DNA from: Podarcis tiliguerta
Taxonomy: Eukaryota
Strand: one strand, 5' to 3'
DNA: 64,000 nt
Assembly: GCA_965153285.1 (NCBI GenBank)
Contig: OZ229117.1
Of the stretch, positions 24,508 through 36,390 are shown piece by piece (the first letter of the stretch is position 1; the number at the start of each line of letters is the position of its first letter). The notes beneath the pieces were generated by a model, which ran no database searches, was not told the origin of the DNA, and saw only the letters and a list, made by a program, of their open reading frames with translations. Both the position numbers and the translations under genes were made by a program.

Positions 24508-25666
24508 TATTCATTGTGTATCCATGATGCCAATTTTCAAGAATTCAAAAGAAATTCTGTGCTGTGCAGTAGGTTGTTGTATGGGCCCTGGCAGATGTAA
24601 ACATGGCCGTGCAAGAGATGACATGGTGCCACCAACATCAAGGCTACAATTTTCTGACATCACCCCTCCTCCCATATAAGCTGCAGCTGCAGTAAGAGTG
24701 TGTGCTTCTTGTGATGCATCACCCCACAGGATCGAGTCCTCTTGCTCTCATTTGAGAAATGGGGAGGGGGTATACTCCCCACCCCAATTGAAGCCTTCTT
24801 AAGAACCTTCTCAAGGGCCTCATATCTGTCACATATGAGTTGAATGGATGTTCACCTTCTTCCAATGGAAAGTCTACTTTCTGACTGTCATATATATCTA
24901 TACAAAGTTGTATACACAGATAGAATTCCTGCTTGAACAAATGCCACATCATGTTGACATCACCTCACTGTTGGGCAGTGTTTGTGTGTGTGCATGCACG
25001 CGCATATGCCTGTCAGCATGTGAGATGGCTCTGTAGTGATCAGATGTCAGTGAATGAAATCACACTGCCGTTCACATCGTTTCGAGTCCTTGACAAGATC
25101 GCAGTCCCTTGGCCTTAGTTCTGGGCAAACCATGTCAAGCATTGTATTTTATTTTATTTTCCTGAGGTCATTGTCACAGCCTTCATTTCTCCCCCGTTTC
25201 TCTCATCTCCCAACAAAGCTCATGAATAAAGAAATCTTCTCTCCATGGGGCTACATGGAGCTAAGTCAATAGAGCAAAGGTCAAAACAACTGAGGACATC
25301 ACTGATGCTTTGCAGACTGAAGACAATAAACCCACTGTACAAGCCCTGGCCTTGGATTCTTCTGGATGTGCACAGACAAATGCAGCAAATAACTACCCCA
25401 ATCCAGTTCCAGAAATTCTTTTAAAAGGTAAGTACTCTTGAGAGCTTGCATCAGAAACTGGATTTGAATGCACATTCAAATGCATATCCCAATAAAGCAT
25501 TTTTTTTTCTTGCTCAAATATCTATTCTGATGTGCATGCAAATGTTCATCCTATTGAAGCAAAAGTTATATGATAGCCACAACTGGATGTGTGCTCTGAT
25601 GGGCCTCTGATTTTCTAGTGCTGAGCCAAAGTCAGGAAGACATTTTCATAAATATGTGCATCAGGC

Positions 25667-26073
25667 TAGGGATGGGGAAGAAAGTCATTTCGGTTTGTGT
25701 ATAAAGGCGAACCTATCTAATTAATCCTTTTCTGAATGAAAAACAAAACACAACCATCTTTTGAATTTTACAGTGCAGTTTTCTAGCCATGTAATGTGGG
25801 CAAAAATGTATATATTAGGGTAAAGTGTGCATAAAATATATACACTGGTGAAAATGACAAGCAAATCACTTGCACTTATGTGCATTAGAGAAAAGTGCAT
25901 AACAAAATGTGTAGATTAGGAGAAATTTGCACTGAACAGTTGATGCATTTTCATGAGAACTTTAAAAAAAACCAACACCACACACAAACTGATATGGCAA
26001 TGTGGAGAATTGGACTTAAGAATGGAAAAAATAAAAACACAGAAACCAAAATTAACAGAATCAACCATCCCTA
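25667..26073 (+). mobile_element. Non-autonomous DNA element (hAT-like ends TAGGGATGG...CCATCCCTA); relatives at 891-1075, 36569-36945, 38204-38560, 40585-40972 and 54885-55377
   Basis: 9-bp perfect TIR. AT-rich body shared among the copies. TSD eroded. Confidence 0.7.
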
Positions 26074-27721
26074 GGCAAAACTGAGAGGCAGCATCTCCTT
26101 TCAGCACTTTGGTCCCAGAGATCATTGCAAAAGTGTTGAGCAACTGCCCAGTTATTATGGTGATGTGTGATTGACTAGGATGTGGCTTAAACAGAAGGCA
26201 TTGACCTGTCTAACAGGTCTGAGTTAACCATGAGTGACATCAACAAGTATCTTAATCTCACGGGTTGCATTCATCCATTCACTGGGTGCTCTATAACAGA
26301 GTTCTCAGAGTGGCCTACAAATAGACAGTAACAACCCAGTGCCACGATGCCTCCACAGCCAGTGCATGAAACTTCACTGGTTGTGATCAGTAAATGAAGA
26401 ATAACACTGAGGAAAACCAGCTGCCAATTGAGCAGCAGAGATTTCTGTGTGCTGGAAATGATGGGTGTGCAGTGTAGCTGCGCTTCTGGTCCTGCCTGCT
26501 TTAATGGAGGCAGCCCCTATGACAGCGGGGGATCGTCGGCAAATGAAAAACAAGGATGACAGAGGTAAATCATCCTTGCAAAGTCCCCTCAGGGACAGGG
26601 GGGATGGGCTTCACTTGCAGTTCGTCTCAGTACCTGGCTCTCACTCTGGCATGGAATGTGGGTGGCAGGGAGGCACTGAGTGCAAAAGCACTTTGCCTGG
26701 CAAAAACCCTCCTATGCCGCCATTAAGAAGCAGAGGTTTTCGGTTTAATTGGATCTTGGGGGAAATGGTGAAGATCTGCAACATGTTTTTCTAGTGAGAC
26801 AGAATGGTTTCTAGCAGACTGCCGCCTGTTCCGAAACATCGAAGCAAGGGATGTAGAGGTAAGACCTCTGAGAAACTTCAAGATTCAGTTCTGTCCCAAG
26901 CAACAATGGGAGAAAACAACAGCTGGGAAGTGAAAGAGACAACACCATATATGGGCAGAAGGGATCTCCATGGATATAGAAGTTTTCACACGCTGGGCAG
27001 AATAGTTTGAGTTCCTCACTTAAAGCTTTATAAATTTATATATTGTAACATCACAAATGGAAATCATTAATTATGTAGCTTTTGACTAAGGGATTATTAT
27101 TATAACTGAAATGTAACTGATATTAATTAAGATTATGGAATGCAGTGATTTGAGATCGGAAATGCATCCAAACCACCATGCGGGGAGCCACTTTAACTAA
27201 AATGTATTAACTGGAAGTCAATTGGCATTTTGATAAATGTATAATTTTGGAATTAATTGTTATTGTTATAATTTGGCTATTATTGGGAGTATATTGAAAA
27301 ACTAAAAATAATAGTAATATGCAGTGTGGCTGCAATCATTTGCAAGCAGTGACAATAAGGGAAGGATCAAGGAGCTTTTCAGAAAATCCCCACTGCTTTC
27401 AAGGTGAAAGTTGAACCTGGATGACATTCAGCTCAGCACCAGTTTACATCAATGTTTACTGATCCAGCAATTGATACATGTCCAGATCTGCATAGCTGGG
27501 TTGACGCACAAAGACATCAGTGGCAGACAGAATAGAAAGGACATTCAAGCCCTATATATTTCTTGCATTTGCATGCTGTGCAGATCACAGTTAGAGTGGA
27601 AAGGGATTTTGCCCACTCACCAAGGTAATGGCTGAGCTCCCTATAATTTGCCAAGTTAAAAGATTGAACCATCTAATTTTGATAAGTGCTGCTTGAGAGA
27701 ACCTGTATCTGCCCCCAAAAA

Positions 27722-27909
27722 GGGAAGGGTCATATCTCTGAAGCAGAGCATCTGATCTGCATGCAGAAGGTCCCACACTCAATCGCCAGCATCTCTGGGA
27801 AATAATCCTGCTTGAAACCTAGAAAGTCACAGCTAGCCAGCACAGACAATACTAGGACAGAATGATCAATGGTCTGACTGGGTATAAGAAAACTTCCTAT
27901 GATGTTCCT
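27722..27909 (+). mobile_element. Squam2-like SINE
   Basis: GCATGCAGAAGGTCCC head and GGTCTGACTGGGTATAAG...TTCCTATGATGTTCCT tail. Confidence 0.7.
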
Positions 27910-28724
27910 CACTCCCTCTCCTTCACTGCTATTAAAGGTGTGCGAACCCTGTCCTCATTTGCATTTGGTCACCCTACGGTTTAGGTTTGCTTTGATGTAA
28001 AAGGAAGCTCCTTTTTTAATCAACTCCCCGCTTTATGCTCATTACAGGAACGAACCTCACCGCAAACCATTTCTGTCACTTCCCAGATGTTCATGCTGGG
28101 TTCCAGCTGTGGGCAAAGATACCTTGAGTCAACCTTTCATTTCTGTACTTCAAACACACAGGCTGTGTGAGAGCACTTCATCCTGACATACCAATCCCCT
28201 CTGTGCTGTCCGTAGTGATCCAAATGAATGACGCTTAAGGGAGGGCAAGCAAGAAGACACAGAGTTTTCATTGCTGGCATTGGAGCACAGGGCAACAAGA
28301 CAGAGGAATGCACTGGGCAAAGGGGTGACGGAACAAGAAAACTATCTCCCAGGAACAAGAAAAGAAAATGAGGGCTGTCAACAGCTTTGGCCACAGCCTG
28401 AACTAAATTGGACCAATTCTGTGAGGATCCAAGCTTGGACTGAGTTGCCGAGGGTGTTCCAGGGCTGCCAGGGGACAGGGCATCAGGCAGAAAGGCTGCA
28501 GGGGTCTGCTTCACCAGTGTGTGTTCCCCACAGGGAATGTGCTGGGGAATCAAAGCCCCAAGAGACTGAGTCCTTGGGGTGCAAGCACCTTCCCACTCCT
28601 TACTGTATGTTTAATTGGTGTAAAGAGGGGGGAATGCCCCATTGGGGCTGGACCTGGGGTGAAGCAGATAGTCCCTGGGTCAGGTGGTGATGCGGGGGAA
28701 TGTGAGAAAACAAAGCAAAATTGG

Positions 28725-29010
28725 GATGCCTATGGAGGCTGGCTCATTAGGACAAATGGGCACTGCCCCAGCAAGCTCAGTCTGCCCTCAGCCAATCCCT
28801 ACCAGCCTGCCTTCTTATTTCCATCCTGTCCAGGGGGTGGCTCTGACCGTTAGCTTCCTCCTCCTTAGCCTCAGTGTTGCCCCATGTAAGGAGTAGAATG
28901 GAGGCAAAGTTTGAATTAGTTGGCTCTGCGTGAAATTGGCTGTGGCACCACTTCCTGCTGCTCTCTCTGCTTTCTGCCCTACCAGTCCCAAGAGGCACCA
29001 GCCATGACTG
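28725..29010. mobile_element. Degenerate hAT-like element; related copies in opposite orientation at 43860-44128 and 57620-57906
   Basis: TGGAGGCTGGCTCATT end matches CCAGCCTCCACTG at ~44116-44128. Shared CCTCCTTAGCCTCAGTGTTGCC block. Confidence 0.55.
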
Positions 29011-29873
29011 TGGGATGCTCAGTAACGATAGCAGAGGAAGATTGGTGTCAGGGAGGTCGTGAGTTGGCAGAGAGATGTGAAGCCTAGGAGCTGGAGATAT
29101 TCTGCAGAGAGAACTAGGGAGACACTATGGGACCTCTTAATCAATGTTTAAAAACAAGGTTTTAAAGGGGGGAACAGGAGCTTTTAATATATAAAAGACC
29201 CATTTAGCATGAGGACAAATGAGCCCCATACCTTACTCAAGGCTTCAGTGAAAATCTCTGAAAAGCCTCCTTATTAGGCCTGCGAGGTCATTTCATCCAA
29301 GCCATGCTCACCTGCATTAATGGGAAAATGGTCAGTGTTACCTACTAGTGTGAAGAAGTTGCAGAATTGGGGAAACCAAGTCATTCCCTGGGAAATAGCT
29401 CCATTTGCCAAGCTGATTCTGAATAGACACCAAGGGAATAAGAGTGCAAGCTAAAACACAACTCAAATAACACCTCAGTCATGAACTGATTGTGAAATGG
29501 GTCAAGAAAGCCACTCCCCCTTGGCCTCAGTCCCCTTCCCTCCAAACTTTTAAAGGGGAAGATGTTATAACTATCAGTCATAATCTTCCACAATTTTGGG
29601 AGTTTCTTTGTGTGTGTTTTTACCAAGTCCCTGTAATCTAAATTGTCTGAATGTTCCTCCAAAAGCACAATCAAGGATGTGGATTGGGGAATTGCTGCTT
29701 CCACTGATGACTTAATTAATGCAAATGCGTATGAGAAAACCTTGCCACGATTATAGCCCCTGGATGCTCCCCCCTCCACTGAATATCAAGAATGCCTCCC
29801 ATACCATTATATTGTAAAGTCAGTTGGAATTGCACATCTCAAGAAATTCCAAAAGCAAAACTGATTAAGCCAT

Positions 29874-29877
<4 letters not shown>

Positions 29878-29910
<33 letters not shown>

Positions 29911-29911
29911 C
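29878..29911. repeat. (GT)n(GC)n alternating purine-pyrimidine microsatellite
   Basis: Directly visible. Confidence 0.95.
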
Positions 29912-31517
29912 AGGGGGTTAGTTCCTATATCTGAGAGAGAGAGAGAAGTAATATAAAGGATACCCTAGCAGCAAGTGATTATTGCAGCTGGCATTATAAT
30001 ACCCAGAGGTGTGTGCACACAAGAAGCCGAAGATTTGTAATGAAAAAAACATTAGAAAACATTATCCTTTGTTGCCTTCAACAGAATCTTGGGGGAGCAA
30101 ATCTGTTATACGATTGCTAAATTCCACACTCCCCCTCCTCCTGACTAACAGAGCACTTACTTTCAAACTTGTTATTAGAAGGTTTCTTGGAAGCTGCATT
30201 TAATGCAGAATCTGGTTTAATTCTGCACAGAAATTTTAAAGGGCTGGTTTATTGTCCTCATGGGCTGTTGAAGCAGACAGTGTCAAGCCACCTTTGCACT
30301 CAGTGGTCAACAACAATTCCACATGGCTGCAGCAGGAGCAGAAATGGGACCTCAGGTCCCACTCCATCATCTCGACTGAGATAGTAGCTGCCTTTTGGCA
30401 CCTGCTTTCCCTGAAAGGTTTCCATGAACCAAGAATCTGGTAACTTTAAGAACTGGTGTCTCCTGAGCTTGCTGTTTTTCCTCTCCCCTCACCACCCCCC
30501 TTCCCTTTTGTGTCATGTATTTCAGTTTATAAGCCTAACACCATGTATTATTTTATTCTGTATTTCATATACACCCCCACATAGAAATATTTAGGTGCTT
30601 TAAAAATGAATTGTCATTCAAGTGTATTTAGGATTTAGTAGGCACGTATGAAGTTGCTTTACAGAGTCAAGGGTTACATTACAGAGACAATATTTTCCTG
30701 CATTGTAGCACATTTGTCATCTCTTATAAAAACACCCCTTCCACTCAGAAAGCTTGGAGGTCAAGTACAAAGGTTTGACTTGGCCATCATCCAAAAACAG
30801 GGCTGTGCATAGACTCCCTAGGCTACCCTGTGGCAATTCGCCCTGTGCTGTCCTGGGGAACCACCCACCCCACCATGGATCCATCCCTACAATAATTTGG
30901 GGAAAGACTTTTAAGATACATGTTTTAAAAGGTTGGGGAGTGCATGGCACCACAAAGGATTGGCTCTTCCCGCTTAATAGCTATTAAGGAGTATGATCTA
31001 ATCCTGCATAGTGCTAATTGCTGCTCCTTCATGAGTGGCATTCGAGGGAAGCTGCTCCCAAATGAGGAGGAGCCAGCACTACACAGGATTGGATCCTCCT
31101 GCTTAAAAACTGCTAAGGATCTGGTCTGCATTCCATGGTGTTGAGCCTTCTTTCCAGGAAGATGCAGCTGCCCATCAGATAGGCCTTGACCTTTCTTGCA
31201 TGGTTTTCACACCCTTCCTGTCCTCTTTTCCCTCTTTCTTGACCCCTTCTTGCCCCCACCTCCAGCCACAGATTGCTCTGGGTCAATCCAAACCAACTTG
31301 CAGCAATCCACCACTGTGTGTGCCTGACGTGTCCAAGGCTCTTCAGATATGTCTGTTTTGGCTGGGTCAAAACTTGTGCAAAGCCCTATTAGATGATGCT
31401 AGTTAGTTGTAGAGAGGTTTTTGCTTTTTGATGGAAAGGAGGATACTCAAGTGTGAAGCGACAATCTCCCTCATCCTAATGTCCACCAATATAGAATGAT
31501 GTATTAGTGGGTTTATT

Positions 31518-31900
31518 AACATAAGAGGAGCTTGCTGGATCAGGCCAATGGCCCATCTTGTTCAGCCTCCTATTCTTGCAGTGGCCGGTCAGATGCCACA
31601 AGCAGAAATTGAGCACAACAGCAACTCTCAACTTGTGACTCACAGCAGCTAGTATTCAGAGCCTCCAACAGTGAAGGTAGAATGCAGCCATCTTAGCTAG
31701 TAGCCATTGGCAGTCTTCTCCTCTATTATTTAGTCTACTCTCCTTTTAAAGCCATCCAAGTAGGGGGTCATTGCTGCATCCTGTAGAAGGAAGTTCCTTA
31801 GTTTAACTATGCACTGTGTGAAGAAGTCCTTTCTTTTCTCAGTCCTGAATCTTCCAACATTCCACTTCATTGGATGTCCACAAATTATAGCTACACGAGA
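31518..31900 (-). mobile_element. CR1 LINE 3' region
   Basis: AACATAAGAGGAGCTTGCTGGATCAGGCCAATGGCCCATCT...CCTGAATCTTCCAACATT. Matches 48836-49460. Confidence 0.75.
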
Positions 31901-32608
31901 GTTTTGGCATCTTAATTTTTTTCCTGTACTGGCAGGGGGTTGACTAGATTATATCTGAGGTCTCCTCCAACTTAATGGTTTCTACAATTCTATGAAATGA
32001 GACCACTGAAGAAGAAGGGAAGAGTTTCCACTTGATTATTCTGATTTTATGAAGTGGCTCCTAGAGGTCAGGATAGATTGCTCAGCAAATGGGACTGCCT
32101 GTCTGCAGGAAAAGATCTGAGGTTTCCTTCCATCCTCCTGACAAGCGATTTCCCTGAAATTGTAAAAGAGAAGATATGCTGTGGGACTGATAATTGAAAA
32201 TAGTCTGGTGTCAAAAATGCCTGTCAGTTCTCCAGGTAGATAAAATTATACTGTATTGATATTTTATAACAGTTTTCATCCAACACATCTGAAATGGCTC
32301 CTTTCCTCCACCCCTCAAGCAGACAGAGGCTAAGCTTTAAAAAAAAGAATACATCTGTCAGCAAGACTCACTATTCCAGTGCTCTTTCATAAAAAGGAGA
32401 GGAGAGAACCTTTTGGCTTCAGTCAAGCTAAGGTTATAGCCTGAGGACTGCCTTGAAAATGATGCTTTTCATACATTCTACCTTCAAAATGCAACCTGTC
32501 TAAAGAGTTAGCATCTGTCAGGATCCTGCCCAAACTAGCTTGGAGAGATCTGAAGAGGAGGACTGGGATCCTGCAGAAAAGCCCAGAGCTACTGAGCTTG
32601 AGTGAAAC

Positions 32609-32810
32609 CACTGGCGGAGGAAGAGGAGTGTGGGGGGAGCGCCCCCGGCAGCGCGATCCTGGTGGGGTGCCATCGTGGCTGCTCCCCCCACCCGCACTGG
32701 GCACCACGTCACCGCAGGTGGCACACCACGCCCCCAGGATGCACGCCAGCCCCGCCCCGCCCCCGCCTGCTCTCCGCCCCCCGGTGCCAGAGCATAAAGC
32801 TCCACCACGG
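32609..32810. mobile_element. GC-rich hAT MITE (copy 1)
   Basis: Ends CACTGGCGGAG / CTCCACCACGG. 8-bp TSD AGTGAAAC / AGTGAACC (7/8). Confidence 0.75.
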
Positions 32811-32843
32811 AGTGAACCTGCTCCATTTGTTAGACCCTCCAAT

Positions 32844-33098
32844 CAGAGGTGGAGCTATCTACTCTGGCACCAGGAGCAGCATGCACCCGGGGGGGGAGCC
32901 ACCTGCAGTGCAGAGCATGGGTCCCAGGAGGTGCTCCAGCTGCCGCACACATCCCAGGGGGTGTTCCAGCTACCATGCACATCCCGGGGGGTGCGCCACC
33001 CACGGCATGTATTGGGGGCGGCACGGCAATGTCAACCCCCCTCAGGGATGGCACCCGGGGCGGACCGCATCCACGGCACCCACCTTTCTCCGTCTCTG
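32844..33098. mobile_element. GC-rich hAT MITE (copy 2) with an internal 30-bp tandem repeat
   Basis: Ends CAGAGGTGGAG / CTCCGTCTCTG. Perfect 8-bp TSD CCTCCAAT at 32836-32843 and 33099-33106. Repeat units at 32931-32960 and 32961-32990. Confidence 0.85.
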
Positions 33099-33302
33099 CC
33101 TCCAATACTGAACAGCAAGTGTGGGAGAGGGACTGTAAGCATGGGGGAGAAATTTGATAAGGTTTGAATTCCAATGCAAACCAACCTGATTCTTACTTGT
33201 CAACACAATATGTGAATGGAAACCTAGCCATCCTTCTAAATCTGCACTTCTCCTGCATGATAGCAGGGTGCAATGGGGTTTAGTCCTGTCCTATAATGAA
33301 CT

Positions 33303-33586
33303 GGCGGGGTGTGCTCCCGTTGCTCGGTCCCAGTGCCTGCCAACCTAGCAGTTCGAAAGCACCCCCAGGTGCAAGTAGATAAATAGGGACCGCTTACTGG
33401 CGGGAAGGTAAACGGTGTTTCCGTGTGCTGCGCTGGCTCGCCAGATGTGGCTTTGTCAGACTGGCCATGTGACCCGGAAGTGTCTCCGGACAGTGCTGGC
33501 CCCCGGCCTGTTGAGTGAGATGGGTGCACAACCCTAGAGTCTGTCAAGACTGGCCCGTACGGGCAGGAGTACCTTTACCTTTACCT
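33303..33586 (+). mobile_element. Sauria SINE subfamily B, 5'-truncated
   Basis: 11-bp TSD TATAATGAACT at 33292-33302 and 33587-33597. Diagnostic 3' half shared with 55830-56193. Confidence 0.92.
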
Positions 33587-33705
33587 TATAATGAACTAGC
33601 CTAGCACAGGTATTCTCCTTGGGGACTAGCTCTCTACTTCAAGCATTCCTATCAAAGTGGCAAAAATTCCAGATTGGGGGGGGGGGAGTTCCAGCAGAGT
33701 TAGAG

Positions 33706-33899
33706 TCATCGGAAGCTGCCTTACACTGAATCAACCCATTGGTTCATCAAGCTCAGAACTGTCTGCACTGACTGGCAGCAGCTCTTCAGGGTTTGGGGGA
33801 GGGAACATTCCTGTCTGTACCTGGAGATGCTGGGGATTGAATCCAGGATTGAATCCTCATGCAAAGCTGGTCCTATGCCACTGAGTAACAGCCCTTGCC
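33706..33899 (-). mobile_element. Squam2-like SINE
   Basis: GGAAGCTGCCTTACACTGAATCAACCCATTGGTTCATC...GATGCTGGGGATTGAATCCAGG. Confidence 0.7.
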
Positions 33900-34118
33900 C
33901 AGTTGAGGAGATTGGGGAAAGGAGGAAAGCTGTAAAGCAGTTTAAAAGAGCACCAGCTCTTATTAACACACAATACAGCTTATTAACTGACCTTCCTCCC
34001 TCTGTGTTCCAGAGTACAGCCCCAGTATATAGAAAACTGCCAATATCATAATGGGATTATGCACATCTATGGCCTGACATTACTTGGGATATACTGTGTA
34101 CAGTTACAATCATCTCAC

Positions 34119-34630
34119 AAAATAATCAAGGGGATGGAGTGACCACCCCCCATGAGGGAAGCTTACAACATGTGTGGCTGTTTAGCTTAAAGAAAAGGGG
34201 AGGTAAGCGGGGACATGATAGAGGTGTATAAAATTATGCATAGTAAGGAGGAAGTGGAATGAAAAGCTTCTCAACCTGTCTCCTCCTACTAGAACCTGTA
34301 GGCATTCAATAAAGCCGAACGTTGGAAGACAAAAGTTTAACTACGCACTCTTCGCAGGGTGTGTAGTTAAACTATGCAATTTACTCCCACAGGAAGCAGT
34401 GATATCCACCAGTTTGGATGAATTTAAAAGTATGTTAGACAGACTCATGGAGGATAACTATGTTCTACCTCCACTGTCAGAATCAGTATACCAGTCTGAA
34501 TACCAGTTGCTGGGAATTACACAGATCCTGCTTGCAGGCATCCCGTGGTCATCTGGTGGGGCACGGTAAAAGCAGAGTGTTGCACTAAATGGGCCTTTTC
34601 CTGATCCAACATCTTCCTCATTTGTACTTA
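34119..34630 (+). mobile_element. CR1 LINE 3' fragment
   Basis: Collinear with 5977-6631 and continues into the CR1 3' UTR (GGGCCTTTTCCTGATCCAAC). Confidence 0.75.
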
Positions 34631-34979
34631 ATTGAGTGCAAGTAGAAACTTCCAGTCAACATGGAAAGGTTGGGAACTATATGGCCAGGAACAGGTATGT
34701 TATCGATGCATCTTCATTGCCTTCTTCTTGTGTTAATGTTTCCAGTTCAGGCATAACATCAGAACACAGCTTCATTAGTTTTTGTGGGGGTGCTACAGCT
34801 TAAGAGTGTATATGGTAACCCCACCCCGCTGTCCTCATGCACTGCAATTATTATTATTTGTGGAGGGAGGGACTTCTACTGGCTACAACAGACATCTTCC
34901 TTCAAACCTACTTTAAGTGTGGAGAGGAGGTAGGGAAAATTGGGTCCTGTGGGTGCTTCTGCACTCACAGATGTTGTGT

Positions 34980-34981
<2 letters not shown>

Positions 34982-35030
<49 letters not shown>

Positions 35031-35075
35031 TTTTTATTTATACCCCGCCCTCCCCAGCCAAGGCCAGGCTCAGGG
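34982..35075 (-). mobile_element. L2-type 3' terminus with (TAA)n microsatellite tail
   Basis: (TAA)n at 34982-35030, then TTTATTTATACCCCGCCCTCCCCAGCCAAGGCCAGGCTCAGGG. Near-identical to 42868-42960. Confidence 0.7.
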
Positions 35076-36280
35076 GGAAATGCACAAAATTCATGAGCAG
35101 TTTTTTCATTTATATGAATCTACAGGCAATCTACAGGAAACTGGTTGGATTTATGAGGGAAAATGTGTGAAACTGCCACCTAGTGAAAATAGGCTGATAC
35201 CGACAGTTAGGATTAAGATAATTTGGAAAGGACTTTTTCACCCAGCCCCATATTAAAGGGGCTTAGATAAATACATGGATGTTATCAGATGCTAGTAGCC
35301 ATCAAAGCTAGGTGGAACTGAGAAGATACCAGATGGGTGGTGATGATGATAAAAGTAGAGAACTGCTACCCTCAGTCTTTTTTGGTGGGCTTCTGTCCAC
35401 TTTTGGGAACAGACATCTGGACTAGGTGGACCACTGATCTAATCCAGCAAGGCTCTTCTTATGTTTTTGTCCTTGAAGGGATGAAAAAGTTGTCCTCACT
35501 GAAATCCTTTCTCCCACACAACTAAAAAGAAGCCATGCTGCCCATTACACAAGGCCGGCCTACTGCTTTCTGTTCTGGAATCGTATCTGCACCACTGCCC
35601 TCTTTCATGAAGAATATCTTAACTGGATGAAAGGATGGCCCAACCACAAGAAACTGGAAATGCAATTTCCTTTTGGGCTTTGTTTTTGCAACGGAACAAG
35701 AACGTTTGTGTGTGTGATATTAGTAGGCACGGATGATAACAGATTTCAATTGGCTTTTTCTGTCTACTTTGTTCTTTGTCGAGAGACGTCTAAGAAGATG
35801 AAGGTCAGAAAGAGAAGGGGGGATGGCATAAGTGTGTTTGATGTTCTGCTTTACACACACACACAAAGGCGTGAAAGGAAACCCACTGGCTGCAGAGACA
35901 AAGAGAAATGAATCTGCTCTCTTCTCTGGCTGACCAGGTGGAAAATGTGTGCACTCTGCTTCTCCAGAGCTTCTTCTCAGCTCATCTGCTTTGACTTTGA
36001 ATCTAGCAGAAGGACACTGCCCCGGCCACCATCTTAATCTATTGTCTTGATAATGAAAACCCATCATTTGCAACAACGGCTTTGTAACTTTTTCAGCGAC
36101 TATGCTTAAAATAAAAACAAAAATGGTGAGCTGCGTTTTCCCTGACGTAGGTCCTCAGAGCAGCTTCTTTCTTTATTTTTCATTATTCAAAAGTGTTCTA
36201 TCCGGCCCATCTGGAGCTCAGAGCAGCTCACAACCAATAGATAAACAGTAATAGTAGTAGTAATAAAGCCATAAGAGGTG

Positions 36281-36390
36281 AGAGGGTGTGGCTTAGTGGT
36301 AGAGCTCCTGCTCTGCATGTAGAAGGTCCCAGGTTCAATCCCTGGTATCTTTATTTCAGGCAGGGAGAAAACCCTGTCTGAAATTCTGTA
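36281..36390 (+). mobile_element. Squam2-like SINE head (partial)
   Basis: GTGGCTTAGTGGTAGAGC...GGTTCAATCCCTGG A and B boxes followed by the SINE body. Confidence 0.7.

Noticed and set aside
26100-26120. TTCAGCAC as a possible REST/NRSE site
   Set aside because: The right half-site GGACAG is absent.
32423-33174. Six overlapping long ORFs, apparent CpG-island gene
   Set aside because: Fully explained by two GC-rich MITEs with TSDs; being open on both strands reflects base composition.
36281-36350. tRNA-like sequences (also at 49826, 52100 and the Sauria heads)
   Set aside because: They continue directly into SINE bodies and lack a complete cloverleaf, so they are SINE heads rather than tRNA genes.
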